Translations under genes and position numbers: made by a program
In this document: one piece after another, positions 12,484-22,169 of the stretch
How positions within the stretch are numbered: the first letter of the stretch is position 1
How the letters are laid out: each line of letters opens with the position of its first letter
The notes under the pieces: model-generated
What the model was told of the DNA's origin: nothing
What the model saw: only the letters and a program-made list of their open reading frames with translations
Database searches by the model: none
Source of the DNA: Candidatus Atelocyanobacterium thalassae
GTDB lineage: Bacteria > Cyanobacteriota > Cyanobacteriia > Cyanobacteriales > Microcystaceae
NCBI GenBank assembly: GCA_051971635.1
Contig: JBFPLN010000005.1
Coordinates: 1 to 64,000, forward strand
DNA: 64,000 bases
Direction of reading: 5' to 3'

Positions 12484-13269
12484 CTAAGGAAGACCCCAAT
12501 ATTTAATTCGTTGACTCAACCAGCCAGAAATTTTCAAACGATAGATTGATTGATTGATAAAATTTCGTAAATTAGAAGATTTTAAACCTTTAGGCATTGC
12601 AACTCCTAAGCCTTTTGCAGATAATCTCAATGACAATCTATGATATTCTGGATATTCTTTAATCCATCCTGCTAGAACACTATTGTCTGCAGCAAAAGCA
12701 TCTGCTAGTTCGTTTTCCATTAAGTCAAGAGCTTCTTGATAAGAGTTAACGCCAATTAAGGTTACTTTTGGAAAGCTAGAACGAATAACGGATATGGTAT
12801 CAGAATTGTTAAGTACAGCTATTCTTAGATTAAACAGATCAGATGAATTTTCTATTTGATTGTTCTTAGTAACAATTCCTGTGCTATCTAAATAGTAATA
12901 TGGGCTAAAATTAACTAAACGAGAACGAAAAGAATTAATTGTCATTCTAGCAATTACTATATCCACTTCACCATCAGTAACATTTTGTAGACGTTCTTGA
13001 TTATTAACAACTTTAAAAATGATTGAATCAGCACTACCTAAAATATCTTTAGCTAGTTGTTTTGCTAAATCAATTTCTAATCCTTGTAACTGATTTCTAT
13101 GATTAAGAAAACCTAAAGGGCGAGTATCATTTTTTACAGCGACAATTAGTTTTCCTCGTTCTCTGATCTGTTCTAAACTGGCAGGAAAAGCAATCTTATG
13201 ATTAAAGCCTAATATAAAACTAACAATAAAAGTTAAAAATAGTCTATAAAATCTTAGAGAATAAAACAT
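12484..13269 (-). CDS. Polar amino acid ABC transporter substrate-binding protein (SBP family 3)
   Basis: Signal-like N-terminus; LEQIRERGKLIVAV, GLEIDLAKQLA, VNFSPYY, DAFAAD. Confidence 0.88.
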   Translation of the reverse strand: MFYSLRFYRLFLTFIVSFILGFNHKIAFPASLEQIRERGKLIVAVKNDTRPLGFLNHRNQLQGLEIDLAKQLAKDILGSADSIIFKVVNNQERLQNVTDGEVDIVIARMTINSFRSRLVNFSPYYYLDSTGIVTKNNQIENSSDLFNLRIAVLNNSDTISVIRSSFPKVTLIGVNSYQEALDLMENELADAFAADNSVLAGWIKEYPEYHRLSLRLSAKGLGVAMPKGLKSSNLRNFINQSIYRLKISGWLSQRIKYWGLP

Positions 13270-13538
13270 GGGGATCTTGATTCAAAATAATAAACTATGC
13301 TTTAAGCAATTGACATTATAAAGTTGAGAATAGGCTGTCTAAAAAATAGGACTTCGTATATTTCTTTATTGTCTACAAAATTTAAATCTTTTTAAGATAA
13401 AAATAAAGTTTACTTTTATTTAAGTCAGTCAATATAATCAGTAGAAAAATTAAAAATAAATACTATAATAGAAAATGTATTTAAGATTTTAATCCATTGA
13501 TATTGATAAGAGTCTTTTGTCAATGAGCAGATATTCTA

Positions 13539-13868
13539 TTATTTATCAACGTAATCAGGAAGTTCTGATGTAATTTCCATAGAACTAAATTGCAATCTTT
13601 CTAAGTCAAATAAAGACATTGATTCTATACCAAAAGAAGCAATACCCATACTTACTAATCCTGTAGCTACTGTACCCATTGCTACAGTACCGAAAGAAAT
13701 AAGTCCCATAGGAACAATTCCTATAGCAATAATCCCCATAGGTGCTATTCCAATAGAGATGTAACCAGTAGGACTGATTCCAATGGAAATTAATTTATTT
13801 TTTTTAGTACCACATTCTCCCATAGGTTGAACATCAACAATTTTCTCTGCTCTTAATTTAGACATCAT
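13539..13868 (-). CDS. Small hypothetical protein with Gly/Met-rich decapeptide repeats
   Basis: 109-aa ORF in AT-rich surroundings with six tandem units of the ISIGIAPMGI type. Confidence 0.7.
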   Translation of the reverse strand: MMSKLRAEKIVDVQPMGECGTKKNKLISIGISPTGYISIGIAPMGIIAIGIVPMGLISFGTVAMGTVATGLVSMGIASFGIESMSLFDLERLQFSSMEITSELPDYVDK

Positions 13869-14128
13869 AAATCTACTATAATAAAAAAATTTATCACATC
13901 ATATTCTACTTATAAGTATCTAAAATCGTCAAAAAATACTACATAAAACTTATTAGGTGATGTGTAATTTTCAGAATTATCTCAAATAATTTCGCTTAAT
14001 AGAAATTAAAAACATTAAAAACAATCATTTCATTTAAAAATTTGTAATAGTAAATCTCAAATTTTTATTAATTAGAAAATTTATTTTCTATAATCTAGAC
14101 ATTACAGACATTATTAGTAATATTTCAA

Positions 14129-15502
14129 ATGATTAAATTAGGAATCACAATTGCAGCAATTGCAACAGCAATAGTTCCCGAAGAAGGAAGTGTTGGGATA
14201 GTACGTTTATCAGGAGATGAAGCTTATACTATTGCAAAGAAAATATTTATAGCTCCTGGAAAACAGGAATGGAAAACCCATAAAGTTCTTTATGGTCATA
14301 TTTGTTCTCCAAAAACTTTAAAAGTTATTGATGAGGCTTTGTTGATATTAATGTTAGCCCCTCGTTCCTATACACGTGAAGATGTTGTAGAATTTCATTG
14401 TCATGGAGGCATAATTGTTGTTCAACAAGTTTTACAGTTATGTTTAGAAGAAGGAGCTATATTAGCAGAGCCTGGTGAATTCACTCTAAGAGCTTTTCTT
14501 AATGGTAGAATCGATCTCACTCAAGCTGAGAGCATCTCAGAATTAGTCGGGGCAAAGTCATCTTTAGCTTCTCAAATAGCAATAGCGGGGATCCAAGGAA
14601 AGTTATCTAACCCTATTAAAGAATTACGACTTGATTGTTTAGAATTACTTTCTGAACTTGAATCAAGAATAGACTTTGAAGAGGATTTATCACCATTAAG
14701 TGAAACTTTAATTTCACAAAAAATACGTGATTTTTTGAATAGAGTTAAAAATTTACTATCCACCTCTAACACTGGAGAACTTTTACGAAGTGGACTTAAA
14801 ATTGCTATCATAGGTCGTCCTAATGTAGGTAAATCTAGCCTTTTAAATGCTTGGAGTCGGACAAATCGGGCAATTGTAACTGATTTACCAGGAACAACTA
14901 GGGACATAATAGAATCCAATTTAGTAGTTCAAAATATACCTATTAAAATTTTAGACACAGCCGGGATTAGAAATACAGATAATCAAATAGAAAAAATTGG
15001 TGTTCAGAGAACACATCTAGCTGCGAGTCAAGCTGACCTTATACTATTAACAATTGATGCCCAGATAGGCTGGACCCAAGAAGAAATAGAGATTTATAAA
15101 AAGATAGAGCACCTTCCAATAATTTTAATAGTTAATAAAATTGACTTGACTATTCCTAATTTATCTATGATTCCTTCTAATATTCAAGAAGTTATTAAAA
15201 TCTCTGCTATCAGAAATTCAGGAATTGATTTAATTGAAGAAGCTATTTTAAACTTTATAAATAAGAAGGGATTAATAGCAAAAAATATTGATTTTACTAT
15301 TAATCAAAGACAGTTAGAAATTTTAATACGTGTTAAATTGGCTTTTGAAGATATTATAGAAACGATTAAAAATGAGCTTCCGCTAGATTTTATAACAATT
15401 GATTTACGTTCTGCTATTAAGATATTAGGAGAAGTTACAGGAGATGAAGTAACTGAAGACTTATTGAGTAAAATTTTTAGTACTTTTTGTATTGGTAAAT
15501 AA
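14129..15502 (+). CDS. mnmE: tRNA modification GTPase MnmE (TrmE)
   Basis: TIAAIAT, SYTREDVVEFHCHGG, GEFTLRAFLNGRIDL, GRPNVGKSS, DTAG, C-terminal FCIGK. Confidence 0.98.
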   Translation: MIKLGITIAAIATAIVPEEGSVGIVRLSGDEAYTIAKKIFIAPGKQEWKTHKVLYGHICSPKTLKVIDEALLILMLAPRSYTREDVVEFHCHGGIIVVQQVLQLCLEEGAILAEPGEFTLRAFLNGRIDLTQAESISELVGAKSSLASQIAIAGIQGKLSNPIKELRLDCLELLSELESRIDFEEDLSPLSETLISQKIRDFLNRVKNLLSTSNTGELLRSGLKIAIIGRPNVGKSSLLNAWSRTNRAIVTDLPGTTRDIIESNLVVQNIPIKILDTAGIRNTDNQIEKIGVQRTHLAASQADLILLTIDAQIGWTQEEIEIYKKIEHLPIILIVNKIDLTIPNLSMIPSNIQEVIKISAIRNSGIDLIEEAILNFINKKGLIAKNIDFTINQRQLEILIRVKLAFEDIIETIKNELPLDFITIDLRSAIKILGEVTGDEVTEDLLSKIFSTFCIGK

Positions 15503-15563
15503 ATATATTTTTATCTAAAAAATTATAAATATTAACTTTCAAGAGTCTTCTTATTTTCTAGTT

Positions 15564-16610
15564 TTATTTCAAAGAATTTAAGTCCTGAAGCTCCTTTTCT
15601 ATTTTTTCTTTATTTAACTTATTTCCGATAAATACCAATTTAGTTTCTTTTAACTCATCGGAGTCCCAAAAACGATCATAAAAGGTATTAAAGCGACTCC
15701 CTACTCCTTGTAGAACTAAACGCATGGGCTTATCGATAACATGGACGAATCCTTTGATACGGTAAATTTCATGATTTTCAATTAACTTCGATAAAGTGTT
15801 AATTAATATTTTTGGTTCATAAACTTTAGGTATGATGATTGTAATTGCATTAATATCATCATCATGATGATGTTCTTCCTCATCATGATGACTAGTTCTC
15901 GCTTCTAAGTTTTCTTCTACAGTTGCATTAAAACCCAATAAAATATCTATATCTATTTTTCCTTGATGACATGAAATAACTTTGACACCATTTCTTAATT
16001 TATTTGACAACCAATTTTTTATAGTTAATAACTCTTCTTCATTCACTAGATCGCATTTAGTCAATAAAACTAAATCTGCACAGGCTAGTTGATCTTCAAA
16101 TAATTCTTCAATAGGAGTTTCGTGTTCTATACTGTCATCTTCATCTCTTTGAACTATCAAAGCATTCAAATTACTTACCAATTTACCAGAAGTTAATGCC
16201 TCACAATCTACCACAGTTACAACGCCATCTACGGTGGCATTATTTCTAATTTCTGGCCAATTAAAGGCTTGAACCAAAGGTTTTGGTAAAGCTAGTCCAG
16301 AAGTCTCTACAAGAATACAATCTAATGATGCTCGACGTTCTAAAAGTTTCTCAATGCTAGGATAAAATTCTTCTTGAACTGTACAACATAAACATCCATT
16401 CTTAAGCTCTATAATATTATCTTCAGGATTTTCACCTTCTTCACAAATTTGACAATTTTTTAATATATCTCCATCAACTCCCATTTCTCCAAATTCATTA
16501 ACTAAAACAGCAATACGATGACTTTTATTATTCTGTAACAAATGTCGAATTATAGTAGTTTTTCCAGAGCCAAGAAATCCTGTTATTATTGTGGCTGGTA
16601 TTTTATGCAT
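15564..16610 (-). CDS. cobW: CobW / COG0523 metallochaperone GTPase
   Basis: GFLGSGKT, NEFG, GCLCC, ETSGLALP, His-rich linker HHDEEEHHH, YRIKG. Confidence 0.9.
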   Translation of the reverse strand: MHKIPATIITGFLGSGKTTIIRHLLQNNKSHRIAVLVNEFGEMGVDGDILKNCQICEEGENPEDNIIELKNGCLCCTVQEEFYPSIEKLLERRASLDCILVETSGLALPKPLVQAFNWPEIRNNATVDGVVTVVDCEALTSGKLVSNLNALIVQRDEDDSIEHETPIEELFEDQLACADLVLLTKCDLVNEEELLTIKNWLSNKLRNGVKVISCHQGKIDIDILLGFNATVEENLEARTSHHDEEEHHHDDDINAITIIIPKVYEPKILINTLSKLIENHEIYRIKGFVHVIDKPMRLVLQGVGSRFNTFYDRFWDSDELKETKLVFIGNKLNKEKIEKELQDLNSLK

Positions 16611-16755
16611 AAGTTCATATTAGTAAGTCTTTTATAGATTAGTATAATAGTACTCTAATAAGTCTTAATTATTTATTTAAATAAGTAAATAGTAAATAAA
16701 ATAAGAATTGTCTTTTAAGTATAGATAGTTATTTTATTTAATTAGATAAATAGAT

Positions 16756-17532
16756 CTAATTAAAGCTATCTTTAAGCTGTCTAATCTTTTTAAATACTTT
16801 AATGGGATCATTTATTTCCAATATTCTTTGTAAAGAGCGATAATCACACCTTAAAAAAGGATTAGTTTTCTTTTCTTCTTGCAAAAAAGATGGAATAGTA
16901 GCTTTGTTATTCTTACGAAGATTAACTGCCTTCTCATAACGAATAAATAAATCATGGTTATCTTTCTCGATAGTTAAAGCAAATTTAAGATTATTTATAG
17001 TATATTCATGAGAGCACCAAACACGAGTTTCATCTGGTAAGTCTCTCAACTTTATTAGAGATTTATACATTGTTTCAGCAGTGCCTTCAAATAAACGTCC
17101 ACATCCTCCTGCAAACAAGGTATCGCCACAAAATAGTTCTCCTGTCCTGTGATAAGGGCTTGGAGGAAAATAATATGCAATATGACCATTAGTATGACCA
17201 GGTATGAAAAATATTTCAGCATTTATGCTAACGAACTTTAATTGGTCACCTTCTCTTAAATAATAATTTTGTCCTGGAATTCTTCCTTTATCATATTCGC
17301 CTCCGTAGATAGAAACATCAGGAAATTTCTTTATTAAGTTCCTATTTGCTCCTACATGGTCTGGGTGATGATGAGTGTTTAGAATTGCTACTAATTTTGT
17401 TCTTGATTTCTCTAAGTAACTAATGATTACATCATAATCAGCTGGATCTACAACAATAGCAGTCCTATCTTTAAAGTTATGTAATAAAAAGATATAATTA
17501 TCTGATAAAGCTGGCAAACGTTTAATATACAT
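16756..17532 (-). CDS. gloB: Hydroxyacylglutathione hydrolase (glyoxalase II)
   Basis: DNYIF, THHHPDH, PGHT, GDTLFAGGCGRLFEG, HEYT, TNPFLR. Confidence 0.96.
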   Translation of the reverse strand: MYIKRLPALSDNYIFLLHNFKDRTAIVVDPADYDVIISYLEKSRTKLVAILNTHHHPDHVGANRNLIKKFPDVSIYGGEYDKGRIPGQNYYLREGDQLKFVSINAEIFFIPGHTNGHIAYYFPPSPYHRTGELFCGDTLFAGGCGRLFEGTAETMYKSLIKLRDLPDETRVWCSHEYTINNLKFALTIEKDNHDLFIRYEKAVNLRKNNKATIPSFLQEEKKTNPFLRCDYRSLQRILEINDPIKVFKKIRQLKDSFN

Positions 17533-17710
17533 GGTAGTTAGATTAATGTTTAAAGTTAAAACTATTTTCTATAAAAAAGAAAAGAAAAAAAGAATATTTA
17601 ACTAATAATATAAATCCCAGCAATTGTTTTAGAAACTAAAGATAAAAATGTTATGAGATAGTATTTGAATTATATTAAGTAGTTAAGATTTCTTAAATAT
17701 TCTGTTATAA

Positions 17711-20700
17711 ATGAAAGTTCCTGAATTCACTCAAAAACTTCGTCAGCTTACAACTATTAATATTCAAAATAATTGGTTTACAAATTCAGAAAAGATAAAA
17801 ACAAATACGATTAGTCTCACTAATTTAAATTTGGTGAGAGTGGATAAAAAAGAATATTTAACTTGGAATGCAGGTAGTCAAATAAAGTGGTTGATACAGG
17901 AAGTTAATATTAAAGAGTTTTTGAACGGATATTCTTTAAAAGGATTCTCTTTAAGGTTATCACTAACTTGGTGGGCAGAGAAAGCTCAAATATTTGTTGA
18001 TAAAAAACTAGTACAAGTAGGAGATTTATTTGATTCCTCAACAAGAATTTTATTAATCCCCTCAGTTAACAAAGAGCAAAAAATTGTTATTTCTTTATGC
18101 TTAACAAGTCCCAGCCATGATATTGGAGCATTAATGAAATCTCAACTTATCTATGAAAGCAATGATCACTTGAGTGATCCAGGCTTTTTTGCTGACGAAA
18201 TAGATATACTTTACAAATACTTATGTACATTTAAGCCTAATAAAATTAAGCTTTTAGAGAAGCAAATTAATAAATTTAAATGGGAAAGTATCAATAATCC
18301 TGAACAATTCAATAGTCAAATACATCAGATGCGTTTGGCACTAATATCGTTAGGTGATGATATTAAAAAACGTAACTTTAATATTCTTGGACATGCACAT
18401 CTTGATATAGCTTGGTTATGGACAATCAACGAAACTTGGGAAATAGGAAAGCGAACTTTTCAATCAGTTATTAATTTACAAAAAGATTTTAAAAACTTGA
18501 CTTTTTGTCATACTTCTCCAGCTCTTTACGAATGGATCGAGAAAAAATACCCTGATCTTTTTCAAGAAATTGTAGTGCAGTCCAATAAAAATAAATGGGA
18601 GATATTGGGAGGGATGTGGATCGAACCAGAAGTTAATTTAATATCTGGAGAATCCCTTGTCAGACAACTTTTATATGGACAAAAGTATATTAAAGAAAAA
18701 TTTGGAGAAACTACTAAAGTTGCTTGGTTACCAGATAGTTTTGGATTTTGCTCACAGTTACCACAAATATTTAAGCTAGCTGGAATAAATTATTTTGTCA
18801 CAGGAAAGTTACATTGGGGGCGTACTGTTAAATTTCCTCATAATATCTTTTGGTGGAAATCTCTTGATGGTACAAAAATACTAACATTAATGTCTCCGCC
18901 AAACACAGAGGGCGTGGTAAATACTAATCCTAAAGTCATGACAGACTATAGTATTCAATGGGAGAAAGAGACTAATCTGAAAGAGATCTTTTGGATTCCA
19001 GGAATAGGAGATCATGGTGGTGGGCCAACTCGTGACATGTTAAAAGTTGTTAATCGCTGGAATAAATCTCCGTTTTTCCCTAATATTACTTTTACTACTG
19101 CTAAAAGCTACTTAGAAAAAATTTTCAATATAATAAAAGATAAATCTAATATCCCAATCTGGGATGATGAATTGTATTTAGATTTACATCGAGGTTGTTA
19201 TACAACTCACGCAGATCAAAAGTATCTTAATCGTCGTACTGAAGAGTTATTGTATAAAGCAGAGCTCTGGACATCTATCGTTTCTATTATTGATAAAAAA
19301 TTTGTTGATGAGAATATTAGAAATAACATAAAATCTTCATGGAAACAAACTTTACTAAATCAATTTCATGATATATTACCAGGAACCTCCACAAGAGATG
19401 TATTCATAGAAGCTAATAAAGGTTGGAAGAAAACGAAGTCAATTGCAGATAAAATTCTAAATAATGCTCTTAGAAACATCGTATCTTATATAGACTATCC
19501 TCCAGCTCCACATCCTTATGCTAAACCTATTGTCATTTTTAATCATTTAAATTGGGAAAGATCTGAGGTCGTTGAGATTAATATTAAAGATAACAATTAT
19601 GAAATTTTTGATCTTAACCATAAGAAATTATGTACCCAAATAGTACAAAATAATAAATTATTATTTTGTGCTAATAACATTCCATCCATTGGGTATCGAA
19701 TCTTTTGGATAGTTCCTTTTAGCGAAGCAACATTTATTAAAAAGAAAATTACAGAAAGAGAAGATTCCAATCTTATTTTAGAAAATAGTTTTTTAATAGT
19801 GGAGATTAATAAAAAAAATGGTAATATTGCGATGGTTTACGATAAAGTAAACCGTCGCAATATTCTAAAAGAAGAAGGTAATCAATTAGAAAGTTTTCAA
19901 GACAAAGGACAGTATTGGGACGCTTGGAATATTGATCCAGAATATAGTAAGCATTCTTTACCTAATGCAACATTGAAATCTATTGAGCTTTTAGAACAAG
20001 GCCCTATTCAATGGAAAATAAGAGTTGTTAAAGAAATTAAGCAGTCTAAATTTATTCAAGATTACATCTTACAGATAAATTCTCCTATCTTAAAAATTAA
20101 AACTACTGTTGACTGGAAAGAAACATATGTATTAGTTAAAGCTTCTTTTCACTTGAAAATTAGTGGTGATTATACTAGCTTTGAAGTTCCTTTCGGTTCT
20201 ATAAAAAGAACAAACGTACGTAAAACAACCTATGAAAAAGCAAAATGGGAAGTTCCCAGCTTAAGATGGGCTGACATAACTGATAATAACGGCAATTATG
20301 GAGTTAGCTTACTAAATGATTGTAAATATGGTTATGATAGTGAAAAAGATTTATTGAGATTAACTTTATTAAAAAGTTCTAGATGGCCTGATCCAGATTG
20401 TGACAAAGGAGTACATCAATTTAGTTATGCCATCTATCCTCACAAAGGAACTACAAAAGAAGCAAAAACTGTACATAAGGCATACGAACTTAACATGCCA
20501 TTACAAGTAATTACAATCGATAATCAATATAAATGTAAAGCTAAATTACCTCCTATTTTTTCTGGAATAAGCATTAATAATAATAATTTAATTTTGTCTG
20601 CGTTCAAACCTTCAGAGGATAAAAAATATGCTTACATATTAAGATGTTATGAATCTGAAGGAGAAAAAACTAAGATAGATTTTAAAAGCGATCTAGGGAT

Positions 20701-20815
20701 AACACTAGACAAGAAAGTTGATCTATTAGAAGAAGAAGTTGATCAAAATAAATACCTGGCTGAACCTTGGGAGGTTATAAGTTTTATGTTTATAGATAAA
20801 AATTCTTATTATTAG
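17711..20815 (+). CDS. Alpha-mannosidase, glycoside hydrolase family 38
   Basis: HAHLDIAWLW (Zn ligands), GESLVRQ, nucleophile motif WLPDSFG, GDHGGGP, QFHDILPG. Confidence 0.93.
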   Translation: MKVPEFTQKLRQLTTINIQNNWFTNSEKIKTNTISLTNLNLVRVDKKEYLTWNAGSQIKWLIQEVNIKEFLNGYSLKGFSLRLSLTWWAEKAQIFVDKKLVQVGDLFDSSTRILLIPSVNKEQKIVISLCLTSPSHDIGALMKSQLIYESNDHLSDPGFFADEIDILYKYLCTFKPNKIKLLEKQINKFKWESINNPEQFNSQIHQMRLALISLGDDIKKRNFNILGHAHLDIAWLWTINETWEIGKRTFQSVINLQKDFKNLTFCHTSPALYEWIEKKYPDLFQEIVVQSNKNKWEILGGMWIEPEVNLISGESLVRQLLYGQKYIKEKFGETTKVAWLPDSFGFCSQLPQIFKLAGINYFVTGKLHWGRTVKFPHNIFWWKSLDGTKILTLMSPPNTEGVVNTNPKVMTDYSIQWEKETNLKEIFWIPGIGDHGGGPTRDMLKVVNRWNKSPFFPNITFTTAKSYLEKIFNIIKDKSNIPIWDDELYLDLHRGCYTTHADQKYLNRRTEELLYKAELWTSIVSIIDKKFVDENIRNNIKSSWKQTLLNQFHDILPGTSTRDVFIEANKGWKKTKSIADKILNNALRNIVSYIDYPPAPHPYAKPIVIFNHLNWERSEVVEINIKDNNYEIFDLNHKKLCTQIVQNNKLLFCANNIPSIGYRIFWIVPFSEATFIKKKITEREDSNLILENSFLIVEINKKNGNIAMVYDKVNRRNILKEEGNQLESFQDKGQYWDAWNIDPEYSKHSLPNATLKSIELLEQGPIQWKIRVVKEIKQSKFIQDYILQINSPILKIKTTVDWKETYVLVKASFHLKISGDYTSFEVPFGSIKRTNVRKTTYEKAKWEVPSLRWADITDNNGNYGVSLLNDCKYGYDSEKDLLRLTLLKSSRWPDPDCDKGVHQFSYAIYPHKGTTKEAKTVHKAYELNMPLQVITIDNQYKCKAKLPPIFSGISINNNNLILSAFKPSEDKKYAYILRCYESEGEKTKIDFKSDLGITLDKKVDLLEEEVDQNKYLAEPWEVISFMFIDKNSYY

Positions 20816-20892
20816 CAAGTTATAGACACTATACTATATGGCACTCATTCAAACAAAAAATGTTAATGAATGAACTTTCATTTAATAAAATA

Positions 20893-21534
20893 TTAATAAT
20901 TATTATCGCTTAACCAAGTAATCGCTTTTCTTAATAGTTCTTCTGTATCCAATTTCTTTAATAAAAATTTGTTGTTATGTAAATAAGTAGTCGCAGTATC
21001 AACTTCTTTATGGCTGTAACCTAGAGATAGCAAGTTTAGTGTAATATTTTCCAACATACATTCAGATGAAATACAAGAAGGTGATTCTACTTTTACCTTA
21101 AATGACTCTATTAATTTTGATAATTTACTATTTAGTTCTAAAATTATTCTTTCAGCTGTCTTTCTGCCTACTCCAGGAGATTTAGATAATACCTTAACAT
21201 CACCTGAACAAATTGCTTTAATTAACTCTTTTGAACCCAATGTGTTAAGCAAAGTAATTGACAGTTGAGCTCCAATACCACCAACACTTATCAAGTGGCG
21301 AAAAAGCTCTTGCTCCAATCTATCAATAAACCCATATAAAATTTGACAATCTTCTCGTATTTGTAGATGTATAAAGACTTGAATATAACTGGATTTTTTA
21401 CTAGATAACTCTTGCTCTAGCCTCGAGGTGATTTGTAACTCATAACCTATCTGATTAACCTCCATAATTAAAATTATCCGGTTTTTAGTATCTTTTATAA
21501 TTTCAATAAGATTTCCTTTAAGATAGTTAATCAC
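20893..21534 (-). CDS. ruvA: Holliday junction branch migration protein RuvA
   Basis: MINYLKG, IGYEL, LYGF, HhH motifs VGGIGAQ and PGVGRKTAERIILEL. GTG start. Confidence 0.95.
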   Translation of the reverse strand: MINYLKGNLIEIIKDTKNRIILIMEVNQIGYELQITSRLEQELSSKKSSYIQVFIHLQIREDCQILYGFIDRLEQELFRHLISVGGIGAQLSITLLNTLGSKELIKAICSGDVKVLSKSPGVGRKTAERIILELNSKLSKLIESFKVKVESPSCISSECMLENITLNLLSLGYSHKEVDTATTYLHNNKFLLKKLDTEELLRKAITWLSDNNY

Positions 21535-21646
21535 AAGCGTCTGGTATGTGTTTTAATTAATAGTCTAATTGTCAAAATGTCGTTGGATTTCATAGTATCA
21601 AAAAAAATATAGGTTTAGCAATAATATCTTGTCTATGTTTAAATGT

Positions 21647-21664
21647 TTTACATTTAGTAACAAT
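21647..21664 (+). promoter_or_regulatory. Candidate HLR1 (RpaB-binding) direct repeat in the ruvA/psaA divergent region
   Basis: TTTACATT-TA-GTAACAAT has one mismatch to (G/T)TTACA(T/A)(T/A)-N2-(G/T)TTACA(T/A)(T/A). The AT-rich background weakens this. Confidence 0.35.
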
Positions 21665-22169
21665 ATTTTTTATAAAGCAATATCACTAATTGAAGCTAAC
21701 TTTTAAAAAAATTAACTAAGTAACTTTAAAACTGTTTTTAATTATCGATTATCATTAATAACTTATTCTTTAAAAAACAAGTCACTAATATATTAACGTT
21801 GAAAATTAGTGTAGTTTGGTTGATAGTATAGACTCAAATATTATATCTACAATTTTTATTTTCTTATGGGTTAATAATTTTTTTGGTGGGGCAAGTCTAT
21901 ATTAAAACTTTATCCAGAAGAGGTTTCCCTTAATCACAATGTCAACTTAATCTTAATAATTGTTAAGCTTCTTTCTCAGAACATAGGTCTAACCTTTATT
22001 ATTTATGATGAATGGAATGCTTTTGAATGCTTTGCTTGAAATTAAAATTAAAACAAGCATACTAAATGTTGTTATGTGGATAAAGCAACTCGCTTTATTA
22101 GCATGACACTGCACTCAAAAGAAAAACCTTAAATTTTATAAAGTTTATTGTCGAGAGAGAAGAACCCTC

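Noticed and set aside
16611..16755. Possible cobalamin riboswitch upstream of cobW
   Set aside because: The spacer is short and extremely AT-rich with no B12-box.
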